From: Candidatus Giovannonibacteria bacterium
Lineage (GTDB): Bacteria > Patescibacteriota > Minisyncoccia > UBA11713 > 2-01-FULL-45-33
NCBI GenBank assembly: GCA_030699445.1
Contig: JAUYMO010000020.1
Span: forward strand, 1-42,846
Length of the DNA: 42,846 nucleotides
Direction: 5' to 3'
Shown here: piece by piece, positions 1 to 8,848 of the stretch
Position numbering within the stretch: position 1 is the first letter of the stretch
Layout of the letters: each line of letters starts with the position of its first letter
Made by a program: the position numbers and the translations under genes
Notes under the pieces: generated by a model
Seen by the model: only the letters and a program-made list of their open reading frames with translations
Database searches by the model: none
What the model was told of the DNA's origin: nothing

Positions 1-2
1 CC

Positions 3-728
3 GCGTCGAGTCCGGCGGAGTTCCACGCGATTTTGGGGCAGATTAATCTTTTTTCCAAAATCCGCCTGGTAATTTTTAAAAATATTTTGGAATCTAATCC
101 CAAAATTTTTGAAATTCTTGAAGAAAGCGGCGATTTTTTAAAAAATTCAAAAGACATTTTCGTTTTTTGGGAAAAAGATTTAACGAAGCATAAAGAAGTT
201 TTAGCGTTTTTTAAGAAATTCGCGGAAAAAATGCAGGAAGTAAAAATACTTGGCCCGAAAGAACTGGATTTGTGGCTAGCGAAAAAAGCGCAAATTTTGG
301 GTTTAAAAATCAGCAAAGAGGAGCGCGATGTGATGATATCCGAAGCCGGCGACGGCGCCGAATGGGCGCTGGAAAATGAGCTGGAGAAAAGGGTGCTAGG
401 CGCGCCAGCCTCTTTGAAGTCCGACTTCAAATCCCCAAAGAAGTCGGACTTCTTCCCGGCTAGCGCGGCTTCTCCCTTTCCTTTCATTGAAAAAATGTTT
501 GGCCCGCGCGCGTTAATTGCTTTAAAAGAAATGTCTTTCACCGGCATTGAGCCGCAACAATTTATTTATCCTTTGCTTTGGAAAATAAAACAAAAGCGCA
601 TGGCGGACGCTTATTTCAAAGGCATCCAAGTAGAATCAGCCATGCGAAGAGACCCAAAAAATTCGTACGAAATTCTGGAGCGATTTATTTTTTCCCTGCC
701 CGACCGGCAGGCGGGGCTAAAAGTTTAG
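3..728 (+). CDS. holA: DNA polymerase III delta subunit (5'-truncated by window); contains two palindromic in-frame inserts
   Basis: Frame is open from the window start; 'LENELEK' motif; convergent with rpsT, the usual holA-rpsT arrangement. Confidence 0.75.
   Translation, partial: ASSPAEFHAILGQINLFSKIRLVIFKNILESNPKIFEILEESGDFLKNSKDIFVFWEKDLTKHKEVLAFFKKFAEKMQEVKILGPKELDLWLAKKAQILGLKISKEERDVMISEAGDGAEWALENELEKRVLGAPASLKSDFKSPKKSDFFPASAASPFPFIEKMFGPRALIALKEMSFTGIEPQQFIYPLLWKIKQKRMADAYFKGIQVESAMRRDPKNSYEILERFIFSLPDRQAGLKV
409..459 (+). repeat. 51-bp double-palindrome element (arm GAAGTCCGACTTC), in frame in holA
   Basis: cctcttt-gaagtccgacttc-aaatccccaaa-gaagtcggacttc-ttcccgg; near-identical to 2207-2257. 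Confidence 0.9.
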
Positions 729-945
729 CCAGACGAGATTTCATCCGGGCGGCTTTGTTTTTTTTGATGAGGCCTCTTTTGGCGGATTTGTCTATGGCTT
801 TATAGGCGGCGGAAAGTGAAGCGGGCGACTTTTCAAGAGCCGCCTTTTTTACAGCCTCCTTTAATTTTTCTTTCCATGCCTGATTTCTCTCCCGCCTTTG
901 GCTGGATTGCCTTAAGGCCTTTTTAGCCGATGAAGTTATTGGCAT
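685..945 (-). CDS. rpsT: 30S ribosomal protein S20
   Basis: MPITSSAKKALRQS...AYKAIDKSAKRGLIKKNKAARMKSRL. Confidence 0.97.
   Translation of the reverse strand: MPITSSAKKALRQSSQRRERNQAWKEKLKEAVKKAALEKSPASLSAAYKAIDKSAKRGLIKKNKAARMKSRLAKLLAPPAGRAGKK
695..715 (+). repeat. 21-bp CCTGCC/GGCAGG palindromic element in the holA/rpsT overlap
   Basis: cctgcccgaccggcaggcggg. Confidence 0.85.
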
Positions 946-959
946 AAAAAGAGTTTATA

Positions 960-2939
960 TTAGTTTAAACTTTTAATCAAGTCTCTCAATTCGGCGGCTT
1001 TTTCAAAGTCCAGCGCTTTGGCGGCTTCCAGCATCTCTTCTTCCAATTCCTGTTTTAGTTTTTCTTTGGACATTTCTTTAGACATTTTAGTAAGGTCAAA
1101 TTTTATTTTCTTTTCTTCTTCACCAAAGATATTTTCTCCGATTTCCCGCCTGATTGGCTCGGGCGTAATGCCGTTCTTTTTGTTATATTCATCCTGGATT
1201 TTTCTTCTGCGTTCAGTTTCTTCAATCGCGTTTTTCATGGATTCCGTAATTTTATCCGCGTACATAAGGACGGTTCCGTCGGTGTGCCTGGCCGCCCGGC
1301 CGATTGTCTGGATTAAAGTTTGTTTATTTCTCAAAAATCCTTCTTTGTCCGCGTCTAAAATTATAACAAGCGAAACTTCCGGGAGATCGATGCCCTCCCT
1401 TAAAAGATTTATTCCGACGATCACATCAAACGAACCTTTTCTTAAATCTCTCAAAATTTTATGTCGCTCTAAAGTTTTTATGTCGGAATGCAGATATTCG
1501 GCTTTGATTTTCTCTTCTTTTAAAAAATCCGCCAAATCCTCGGCCATGCGTTTTGTAAGCGTCGTCACGATAACGCGCTCATTTTTCGCGACCCGCTTTT
1601 CTATCTCAAAAATTACGTCTTTGATTTGTCCTTCAGTTTTTCTTATCTCAAGTTTCGGATCCAAGAGGCCGGTCGGGCGGATAATTTGTTCCACGACGGC
1701 GTTATTGCTTAATTTTATTTCATATTCAGCCGGCGTCGCCGAAACATAAACCGTCTGGCCGACTTTTTTTAAAAATTCGTCAAATTTTAAAGGCCGGTTG
1801 TCCATAGCCGAGGGGAGTCTGAAGCCGTAATCCACCAAAACCTGTTTTCTAGCGCGGTCGCCCATATACATCCCGCGGATTTGAGGGATGGACATATGCG
1901 ATTCATCAATAATCGTAATAAAATCTTTGGGCAAGTAATCCAAAAGCGTGGCGGGCGGCTCACCTGCTTTTCTAAACGCGAGCTGCCTGGAATAATTTTC
2001 TATTCCGTGCGTATAGCCGGTCTCGCGGAGCATTTTTAAATCAAAATTAACGCGCTGGGAAATTCGTTGGGCTTCCAAAAGCTTTCCCTCTTTTTTTAAT
2101 TCGGCAACTCGGCTTTTTAATTCCAATTCAATATTGGTAAGTGCCAGCTCAAGTTTGTCCTGCGGGGTCACGAAATGTTTCGCCGGGAAAATTTTTGCCT
2201 CGCCAGCCTCCTCGAAGTCCGACTTCAAATCCCCAAAGAAGTCGGACTTCTTCCCGGCTGGCGCGGTTTCCGATATCTTTTCAATTCGGTTTCCGTTCCA
2301 TTCAATTTTAACCACCGAATCTCCGGATGGAGCCGCGATTTCCACCGCTTCTCCGCGCACTTTAAAAATCCCCGCCCTCAAGTCGTAATCATTCCTTTCG
2401 TACTGCATCTCAACCAGTTTTTTTAAAAAAGCGCGCTGGGAAACCGGCATGCCCTCTTTTATTTCAAGCGCCGCTTTTTCGTATTCAACCGGATCGCCGA
2501 TGCCGTAAATACAGGAAACCGACGCGACAATCACAAAATCTCGGCGGGTGAGCGCCGTAGCGGTTGTGGCGTGGCGCATAGCGTCAATAAAATCGTTTAT
2601 TTTGGCATCCTTTTCTATATATGTGTCGGTTTGCGGAATATAGGCTTCCGGCTGGTAATAATCGTAATAAGAAACAAAATAATGCACGGCATTTTCCGGG
2701 AAAAAAGTTTTAAATTCCTGATAAAGCTGGGCGGCCAAAGTTTTATTGTGGGAAATCACCAAAGCCGGGCGGCCCAAATTGGCGATGGCGTTGGCCATAG
2801 TAAAAGTTTTTCCGGAGCCGGTGACACCTAAAAGCGTCTGATTTTTATTTCCTGCTTTCAGCAAACCGGTTAGCTCGGCAATCGCTTTTGGCTGATCTCC
2901 CTCCGGCTTATATGGCTGATGAAGTTTAAATATTGACAT
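960..2939 (-). CDS. uvrB: Excinuclease ABC subunit B
   Basis: GVTGSGKT, YFVSYYDYYQPEAY, DESH, C-terminal UVR 'LDFEKAAELRD'. Confidence 0.99.
   Translation of the reverse strand: MSIFKLHQPYKPEGDQPKAIAELTGLLKAGNKNQTLLGVTGSGKTFTMANAIANLGRPALVISHNKTLAAQLYQEFKTFFPENAVHYFVSYYDYYQPEAYIPQTDTYIEKDAKINDFIDAMRHATTATALTRRDFVIVASVSCIYGIGDPVEYEKAALEIKEGMPVSQRAFLKKLVEMQYERNDYDLRAGIFKVRGEAVEIAAPSGDSVVKIEWNGNRIEKISETAPAGKKSDFFGDLKSDFEEAGEAKIFPAKHFVTPQDKLELALTNIELELKSRVAELKKEGKLLEAQRISQRVNFDLKMLRETGYTHGIENYSRQLAFRKAGEPPATLLDYLPKDFITIIDESHMSIPQIRGMYMGDRARKQVLVDYGFRLPSAMDNRPLKFDEFLKKVGQTVYVSATPAEYEIKLSNNAVVEQIIRPTGLLDPKLEIRKTEGQIKDVIFEIEKRVAKNERVIVTTLTKRMAEDLADFLKEEKIKAEYLHSDIKTLERHKILRDLRKGSFDVIVGINLLREGIDLPEVSLVIILDADKEGFLRNKQTLIQTIGRAARHTDGTVLMYADKITESMKNAIEETERRRKIQDEYNKKNGITPEPIRREIGENIFGEEEKKIKFDLTKMSKEMSKEKLKQELEEEMLEAAKALDFEKAAELRDLIKSLN
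2207..2257 (+). repeat. 51-bp double-palindrome element, in frame in uvrB
   Basis: cctcctc-gaagtccgacttc-aaatccccaaa-gaagtcggacttc-ttcccgg, flanked by cgccag/ctggcg. Confidence 0.9.
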
Positions 2940-2976
2940 AGTAAAATAAACGCGAACTTAGCTTATCAAAAATTAT

Positions 2977-3012
2977 TTGATTCCACAACTACTATGATAT
3001 ATCATAGTAGTT
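2977..3012 (+). promoter_or_regulatory. Promoter TTGATT-17-TATCAT overlapped by a 26-bp perfect palindrome (putative operator)
   Basis: aactactatgata|tatcatagtagtt at 2987-3012, directly upstream of the TrpR-like gene. Confidence 0.65.
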
Positions 3013-3015
3013 AAT

Positions 3016-3432
3016 ATGCCGCATGTTTCCAGAAAAAAATTAAAGAAGAAAGTTTTTATAAAAATCGGCGAGCAACTGGCCGATACTATCGCCAAAGCCA
3101 ACTCGGCGCGGGAGTTAAGGTGGATTTTTAAGGAACTAATCACGCCGACTGAACGCGTTATGCTGGCGAAAAGGCTGGCGATAATATTGATGCTTGAGCG
3201 CGGTTATTCTTTCAATATTATTCAAAAAACTCTTAAAGTAACGCCGCAGACCATATTAAGGTTTTGGAAAATTACCAAACAGAGCTCGCATAAAGCAGTT
3301 ATTAAAGAAATTTCTTCCAGCAAAGCCAAAAAAGATTTTTGGCAGGAATTGGAAAAACTTATTTTATTTGGCATGCCGCCTCGTGGCCGGCAATGGCAGC
3401 TCATGCGCCGAGTTGCCGCGAAACACTTATAA
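3016..3432 (+). CDS. TrpR-like (YerC/YecD-type) helix-turn-helix protein
   Basis: ELITPTERVMLAKRLAIILMLERGYSFNIIQKTLKVTPQTI resembles the Trp repressor LT..ER..L..R..I pattern. Confidence 0.8.
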   Translation: MPHVSRKKLKKKVFIKIGEQLADTIAKANSARELRWIFKELITPTERVMLAKRLAIILMLERGYSFNIIQKTLKVTPQTILRFWKITKQSSHKAVIKEISSSKAKKDFWQELEKLILFGMPPRGRQWQLMRRVAAKHL

Positions 3433-3450
3433 ACACTTATAAACACTTAT
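3421..3450 (+). repeat. Tandem repeat (aaacacttat)x3 spanning the TrpR-like stop codon
   Basis: Three exact 10-bp units. Confidence 0.95.
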
Positions 3451-3453
3451 AAC

Positions 3454-3483
3454 CAAACCACTATGATATATCATAGTGGTTTG
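3454..3483. repeat. 30-bp perfect palindrome, copy 2
   Basis: caaaccactatgata|tatcatagtggtttg. Confidence 0.95.
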
Positions 3484-3515
3484 AAGACTCTTAGATAAGA
3501 TGTTAATATAATCAT

Positions 3516-4301
3516 ATGGCGAAATGGCATTTTTGGGGAGAAAAAGAATTCTCGGATGTTTATGAGAATATTTATATCCGCGCTTTAAACGAGGATTGGT
3601 TTGAAATAGTGTCTATAATGGTTGACGAAATCAATTCTCTAAAAACTCAAGGAAAGAAGTCAATTTTAGATATAGGTTGCGGAGAAGGGCATACTACGAA
3701 ACAAATATTGGATAGGATAAAAGGAGCTTACGCGTGCGATTTATTGGAGCCCAACGAAAATGCTTTGGCCTCAGCCGAAGCTTTTTTGACCCCAGAAAAT
3801 AATATAGGCAAGCGATATCCTAAATCGCTCGCCACTTTTAAGCCAGAAAAGAAATACGACATAGTGTTTACATCCCATACTAATTATTACTGGGCGCTTA
3901 ATCAGAAAGATTATAATGAGCAGTTAAAAAAATTAATTACATTTCTAAAGCCGAATGGTAAATTACTAATTCTCACGTTGCCGTGGGAGAGCGATCATTA
4001 TCAAATAGCACTTAGGCAGATATATCCAGTTTTCAATTACGCGCAGTATATTATTGATTTCTACAAAAAATTCAGCGTTCAAATAAAGGTTAAAAAACTC
4101 AGGATGCGGCTTTTTATAGGAGATATTTTAAACACAAAGAAACTTTTCGATGTAAAGATCTTTTATCGCTTTATACACAACACAGATTCCTATCCGCGCG
4201 AATCAGAAAGTAGGGCTTTTCTTAAAAAAATACAGAAGTATCAAAAAAATAACTATCTTGATTTTAAGGATTACTTAATTGTTGTCAGTAGAAAGGAATA
4301 A
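3516..4301 (+). CDS. Class I SAM-dependent methyltransferase (AT-rich accessory gene)
   Basis: ILDIGCGEG motif I; KYDIVF; LKPNGKLLI. Confidence 0.9.
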   Translation: MAKWHFWGEKEFSDVYENIYIRALNEDWFEIVSIMVDEINSLKTQGKKSILDIGCGEGHTTKQILDRIKGAYACDLLEPNENALASAEAFLTPENNIGKRYPKSLATFKPEKKYDIVFTSHTNYYWALNQKDYNEQLKKLITFLKPNGKLLILTLPWESDHYQIALRQIYPVFNYAQYIIDFYKKFSVQIKVKKLRMRLFIGDILNTKKLFDVKIFYRFIHNTDSYPRESESRAFLKKIQKYQKNNYLDFKDYLIVVSRKE

Positions 4302-4326
4302 TCAAATGATCAATTTTTACTAACTT

Positions 4327-4356
4327 CAAACCACTATGATATATCATAGTGGTTTG
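4327..4356. repeat. 30-bp perfect palindrome, copy 3
   Basis: Identical to 3454-3483. Confidence 0.95.
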
Positions 4357-4417
4357 GATTTGTAATAGAAATATGCGAAATACGCATTTTGCGCGCAATT
4401 TATGTTATAATTAATAA

Positions 4418-4987
4418 ATGATAGGGCACTTGGAAGGCAAGGTCATATTTAAAGGCGAGCGGCATGTTGTTTTAGATGTGGGCGGAGTCGGATATAAAAT
4501 TTTTGTCTCTGCCTCTTCTAAAAATTTATCCATTGGAGAGAACGCCAAGCTTTGGACGCGCCTGCATGTAAAAGAAGAAGCGCTGGAGCTTTACGGATTT
4601 TCGCATCAGGCGGAATTGGAATTTTTTGAAATGCTGATTTCCATCTCGGGCATCGGCCCAAGGTCGGCCTTGGGCGCGCTTGCTTTAGCGCCAGTTGATT
4701 CTTTAAAGCGCGCGATATCATCCGGCGATACCTCTTATCTCACAAAAATTTCCGGCATCGGCAGAAAAACCGCCGAAAAAATAGTTTTGGAACTGAAAGA
4801 CAAAATGGGCTTCGGAAAAGTTTCATTCGGCGGGGAAGAATTCAAGGAAGACACGGATATTTTGGACGCCCTGATTGCTTTGGGCTATTCCCAAAGAGAG
4901 TCGCGCGAAATGCTCCAAAAAATTCCGTCAAATATCCGCGGCCGCGAAAAAAGATTAAAAGAGGCCTTAAAAACGCGGGAAAAATAA
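4418..4987 (+). CDS. ruvA: Holliday junction branch migration protein RuvA
   Basis: MIGHLEGKV, GVGYKI, ISGIGPRSAL, GIGRKTAEKIVLELKDK. Confidence 0.98.
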   Translation: MIGHLEGKVIFKGERHVVLDVGGVGYKIFVSASSKNLSIGENAKLWTRLHVKEEALELYGFSHQAELEFFEMLISISGIGPRSALGALALAPVDSLKRAISSGDTSYLTKISGIGRKTAEKIVLELKDKMGFGKVSFGGEEFKEDTDILDALIALGYSQRESREMLQKIPSNIRGREKRLKEALKTREK

Positions 4988-4988
4988 T

Positions 4989-6263
4989 ATGCTTGATGAA
5001 ACATTGGCTTCAGTAAAAAAATTTATTCCGAAGCCGATTTTTAATTTTTTCCAGCCATACTATCATTGGTGTTTGGCGTATCTGGCGGCGGCGATTTACG
5101 GATTTCCTTCGCGCAAGTTAAAAATCGTGGGAGTTACAGGCACCAACGGGAAATCAACCGTGGTGCATTTGTTAACTTCCATTTTGGAAGAGGCGGGCGA
5201 GAAAGCCGCGTCGATTTCTTCTCTGCGTTTCCGGATAAATAAAAAAGAAGAAACAAATACTTTAAAAATGACCATGCCGGGCAGGTTTAAGCTCCAAAAA
5301 TTTTTGCGGGAGGCGGTCAAAGCCGGATGCAAATACGGAATTATAGAAATAACATCAGAAGGAATCAAACAGCACCGGCACATAGGCATTGATTTTTACA
5401 TGGCGGTGCTTACCAATGTGACGCCGGAGCATATTGAATCGCACGGGACTTTTGAAAAATACCGCGCGGCAAAAGCGGAGCTTTTTAAAAAAGCGAAAAT
5501 ACATGTTTTAAACGGAGAGGACCCTTCTATTGATTATTTTTTAAAAATTCCTGCCTCGCCGGCAGGCAGGCCCGCCCAGAACCGCATTATTTATTCCAAA
5601 AAAGATTTTCCTCCGAATATACATCTTAAACTTTTGGGCGATTTTAATCTGGAAAATTCAGTCGCGGCGTATCACGCCGCGAAACTTCTGGGAATAGAGT
5701 TTGGCGCAATAAAAAGCGCGTTGGAAAAAACAGAAGGCGTGCCGGGGCGGCTGGAATTTATCCAAAAAGAACCATTTTCCGTGGTGGTGGATTACGCGCA
5801 CACTCCGGACGCGCTGGAGAAAATCTATGAGACTTTGCGTCCACCCGGGAAAACACTCGGTGTTTTTGGGGATTCAACACCGAGTGTTGAGGAGGGTAGA
5901 CGATTGATTTGTGTTTTAGGATCTGCGGGAGGCGGGCGCGACAAATGGAAACGGCCGGAGATGGGGAAAATCGCCGCGAAATTCTGCGATGAAATTATTT
6001 TAACCAATGAAGACCCGTATGACGAGAATCCGGAAGCAATTTTGGCGGAAGTAGAGCGCGGCATCGCGCAAAAAAACAAACTCCGGAAAATTTTGGATAG
6101 AAAAGAAGCGATAGGCGCGGCTTTGAAATCAGCGGAGCCGGGCGACACCGTAATCATCACCGGCAAAGGCGCTGAACCATGGCTCATGGGCCCCAACGGC
6201 TCCAAAATTCCTTGGGATGACAGGGAAGTGGCGAGAGAAGAGCTGGCCAGCGCGCAAAAATAA
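4989..6263 (+). CDS. murE: Mur ligase, MurE-like
   Basis: GVTGTNGKST, PGRLE, VDYAHTPD, GGGRD..KR..MG, NEDP, GKG. Confidence 0.9.
   Translation: MLDETLASVKKFIPKPIFNFFQPYYHWCLAYLAAAIYGFPSRKLKIVGVTGTNGKSTVVHLLTSILEEAGEKAASISSLRFRINKKEETNTLKMTMPGRFKLQKFLREAVKAGCKYGIIEITSEGIKQHRHIGIDFYMAVLTNVTPEHIESHGTFEKYRAAKAELFKKAKIHVLNGEDPSIDYFLKIPASPAGRPAQNRIIYSKKDFPPNIHLKLLGDFNLENSVAAYHAAKLLGIEFGAIKSALEKTEGVPGRLEFIQKEPFSVVVDYAHTPDALEKIYETLRPPGKTLGVFGDSTPSVEEGRRLICVLGSAGGGRDKWKRPEMGKIAAKFCDEIILTNEDPYDENPEAILAEVERGIAQKNKLRKILDRKEAIGAALKSAEPGDTVIITGKGAEPWLMGPNGSKIPWDDREVAREELASAQK
5550..5570 (+). repeat. 21-bp palindromic element, in frame in murE
   Basis: cctgcctcgccggcaggcagg (PASPAGR); exact reverse complement of 34017-34037. 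Confidence 0.9.
5845..5895 (-). repeat. 51-bp double-palindrome element (arm AACACTCGGTGTT), in frame in murE
   Basis: Reverse complement reads cctcctc-aacactcggtgtt-gaatccccaaa-aacaccgagtgtt-ttcccgg. Confidence 0.9.
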
Positions 6264-6293
6264 AAAAAGCCCAGCGATTGAGGCGCCGAGCTT
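6262..6293 (-). terminator. Probable intrinsic terminator for the minus-strand ORFan
   Basis: Minus strand reads aaagctcggcg..cgctgggcttttttt. Confidence 0.55.
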
Positions 6294-6307
6294 TACTGGA
6301 ATTTATT

Positions 6308-6643
6308 TCATAATGGAGGAGGAGGTGATAGCGAAAGCGGTGTTTTTTCATGAATCTCTATCTCATTTAGTTGCCCATCACAGACCCCAATAACAAACAC
6401 GCCGCTTTTCTGATTTAAATCCTTTAACTCCTTCACTTTTATGTCAAAATATTTCTCTTTTCCGTCCTGCTCTCGGAGTGCCTCTTTTACTTTTGGGTCC
6501 TCCGGTGGCAATATTGGCGTGAGCTTTTCTATAACTTGGCTTTCAGAATTAGCCTTTACAATAAATAGATGTGCACGGCTCCATGCTGTCCAGCCATGCA
6601 TACCGAGGCACGGAATAAAAACTTGTGCAAGAAATAAGCTCAT
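6308..6643 (-). CDS. Hypothetical protein (ORFan cassette)
   Basis: Upstream TTGACT/TATTAT promoter and AGGGGG SD; downstream terminator. Confidence 0.7.
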   Translation of the reverse strand: MSLFLAQVFIPCLGMHGWTAWSRAHLFIVKANSESQVIEKLTPILPPEDPKVKEALREQDGKEKYFDIKVKELKDLNQKSGVFVIGVCDGQLNEIEIHEKTPLSLSPPPPL

Positions 6644-6820
6644 AAAACACCCCCTTTCTTCTGTGCCTATAATACTCCCGCAATTTAAGAAGTCAAGTGC
6701 CGCGTAGTATTTTTTGAATTTGCAATTTACACGCCATAGCGGGTTAATTGCAAATTTGATTTATTAGAGTTGCAAAAAATATAGAACGATGCTAGAAAAA
6801 ATAAAGAAGGAGAATTCTTT

Positions 6821-7525
6821 ATGGACAAATTTTGGGTTGAAAGGCGTGAAAGCGGTATTGACAACAAAAAAGCGCTTCTAATTTTCCCTCACTGGGGAGC
6901 GTCCGTTTGGCCGTATAAATGGCTTGCGAAATATTTTACGGATTATCGCATAACTATTTATCAATGTCCTAGTTCGCTTTTAAGTTCGGACATTGAAGCC
7001 ACGTTTCGCAATTTTGACCTTTTGGAGTCAGCGGCTTTGAGCGACATTAAACGTTTAAAGAGCGAAGGCGTTCGCGATTTTAGTTTTTACGGGGTTAGCT
7101 TGGGGAGCGTTATGGCTTTTCGTACCGCCAATATTTTAGCGTTTGCAGACGGTAGGGCGAACGGAGTCGTTGTAAATTTAAGCTGCGCTGATTTCCCGTT
7201 CGCGGTTTGGAACGGCAGCGCGACAGAACCAATCAGAGAAGATTGGAGAGAAAGGGGCGTGAGTTACTCAGAAATAGACCAGGCTTGGTCATATCTTTCG
7301 CCCATTAACAATTTACAGCGCCTCAAGGAAACAAAAATATTATTTTTTGCTTCCAAAAAGGACGCAGTCATGAATTCTCCCAATGTAATGGATTTGGCCG
7401 ACACGCTTGCTAGTAGTTTTCCTAAAGCCGAAGTTTACACGAATGTTTTTCTGGGGCATTATTTGGGCGGCGCCAAGAATTTTTTGCGCCTGCGCACTAT
7501 GAGAAAATTTTTAGATAAACCCTGA
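6821..7525 (+). CDS. Alpha/beta hydrolase fold protein
   Basis: GVSLG nucleophile elbow, later D and GH; AAGGAG SD. Confidence 0.75.
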   Translation: MDKFWVERRESGIDNKKALLIFPHWGASVWPYKWLAKYFTDYRITIYQCPSSLLSSDIEATFRNFDLLESAALSDIKRLKSEGVRDFSFYGVSLGSVMAFRTANILAFADGRANGVVVNLSCADFPFAVWNGSATEPIREDWRERGVSYSEIDQAWSYLSPINNLQRLKETKILFFASKKDAVMNSPNVMDLADTLASSFPKAEVYTNVFLGHYLGGAKNFLRLRTMRKFLDKP

Positions 7526-7576
7526 CCATCCGGCGGGTTTTTTTATTTTTAATCTGTCTTGTGATACCATAAATAT

Positions 7577-8347
7577 ATGGATATAAACGAATCAAAATAT
7601 CTGCATATCAGGCCGCCGAAGGAGGCGCTTTGGGCGCTAGTCGTGTTTTTGGCTTTGGCCAGTATTTATATGGCGGTAAAAATCAACGGCGAATGGAACG
7701 GCTACGGCAGAATTATTCCGCCCAACACCATTACGGTTTCGGGCGAGGGAAAAGTTTTGGTAAAGCCAAATATCGCGGTTATTAATATCGGAGTTATAAA
7801 AGAAGACGCTGATTTGGCTAAAGTTCAGCAAAACGCCGCCGATATAATGGGGCAGCTCACAAAATTTTTAAAAGAAAATAAAGTAGATGAAAAAGATATT
7901 AAAACAACCTCTTACAGCATTAGCCCGCGGTATGATTATAAAGAAGGCGAACAAAAACTGCGCGGTTATGAAGTTTTCCAAAATCTGGAAGTGAAAATAA
8001 GGGACTTAGGAAAAGTTGGCGCGATTCTTTCCGGCGCGGCTGCCCGCGGTGCCAACCAAGTCGGCTCTCTGACTTTTTCGGTGGACGATTCCAAAAAAGC
8101 CAAAGATGAAGCGAGAGCCATGGCCATAAAAGACGCTAGAGAAAAAGCAAGCAGGCTTTCGGCGGATTTGGGAGTGAGTTTAAAAAAAATAGTAAGCTAC
8201 GGAGAATCTGGCGGAGATATTCCTCCAATTTACGCGCAAGCAGATTTCGGTTTTGGAAAGGGCGGGGCCATTTCCGCGCCAGTTCCTGCCCCTTCCGGCG
8301 AAAACGAAATCCGAGTTACGGTTAATTTGACTTACGAAATCAAATAG
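7577..8347 (+). CDS. SIMPL (DUF541) domain protein
   Basis: N-terminal TM; TITVSGEGKV..KPN; DIKTTSYSISPRYDY; GENEIRVTVNLTYEIK. Confidence 0.93.
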   Translation: MDINESKYLHIRPPKEALWALVVFLALASIYMAVKINGEWNGYGRIIPPNTITVSGEGKVLVKPNIAVINIGVIKEDADLAKVQQNAADIMGQLTKFLKENKVDEKDIKTTSYSISPRYDYKEGEQKLRGYEVFQNLEVKIRDLGKVGAILSGAAARGANQVGSLTFSVDDSKKAKDEARAMAIKDAREKASRLSADLGVSLKKIVSYGESGGDIPPIYAQADFGFGKGGAISAPVPAPSGENEIRVTVNLTYEIK

Positions 8348-8350
8348 GGG

Positions 8351-8848
8351 ATGAAAATTTTTCTTATTTTGCACAATGTCCGAAGTTTGCATAATGTCGG
8401 CTCAATTTTCCGGACGGCCGAAGGACTGGGCGTTAAAAAAATATATTTAACTGGATATACGCCGGAGCCATATGATATTTTCGGAAAACTTCGGAAAGAT
8501 TTTCAAAAAACCGCGCTCGGCGCGGAAAAATATTTGGAGTGGAAGCAAGTTAAAAATATTTTCGCTTTAATTAAGCGTCTCAAACAAGACGGCGTTAAAA
8601 TAGTCGCGCTGGAGCAATCAAAATCTTCTATTAATATTAAAAAATTCAAACCGCGCGCAAAATTTGCGTTGATTTTGGGAAACGAAGTCACTGGCATTCC
8701 GAAATCCGTTCTTAAAAAATGCGATAAAATTATAGAAATCCCCATGCGCGGCAAAAAAGAGTCGCTGAATGTTTCAGTAGCGGCAGGAATTGCGCTTTAT
8801 GCTTTGCGCAACTTAGACGTCGGACGTCTAAGTGAGACGTCTAAATGA
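8351..8848 (+). CDS. TrmH/SpoU family RNA methyltransferase
   Basis: HNVGSIFRTA, LGNEVTG, IPMRGKKESLNVSVA. Confidence 0.95.
   Translation: MKIFLILHNVRSLHNVGSIFRTAEGLGVKKIYLTGYTPEPYDIFGKLRKDFQKTALGAEKYLEWKQVKNIFALIKRLKQDGVKIVALEQSKSSINIKKFKPRAKFALILGNEVTGIPKSVLKKCDKIIEIPMRGKKESLNVSVAAGIALYALRNLDVGRLSETSK

Noticed and set aside
409-459. In-frame inserts as inteins or self-splicing introns
   Set aside because: They are far too short, lack intein or group I/II motifs, and occur in both orientations.
2987-4356. Three ~30-bp palindromic repeats as a CRISPR array
   Set aside because: Spacing is about 470 and 870 bp with whole genes in between, and no cas genes are present.
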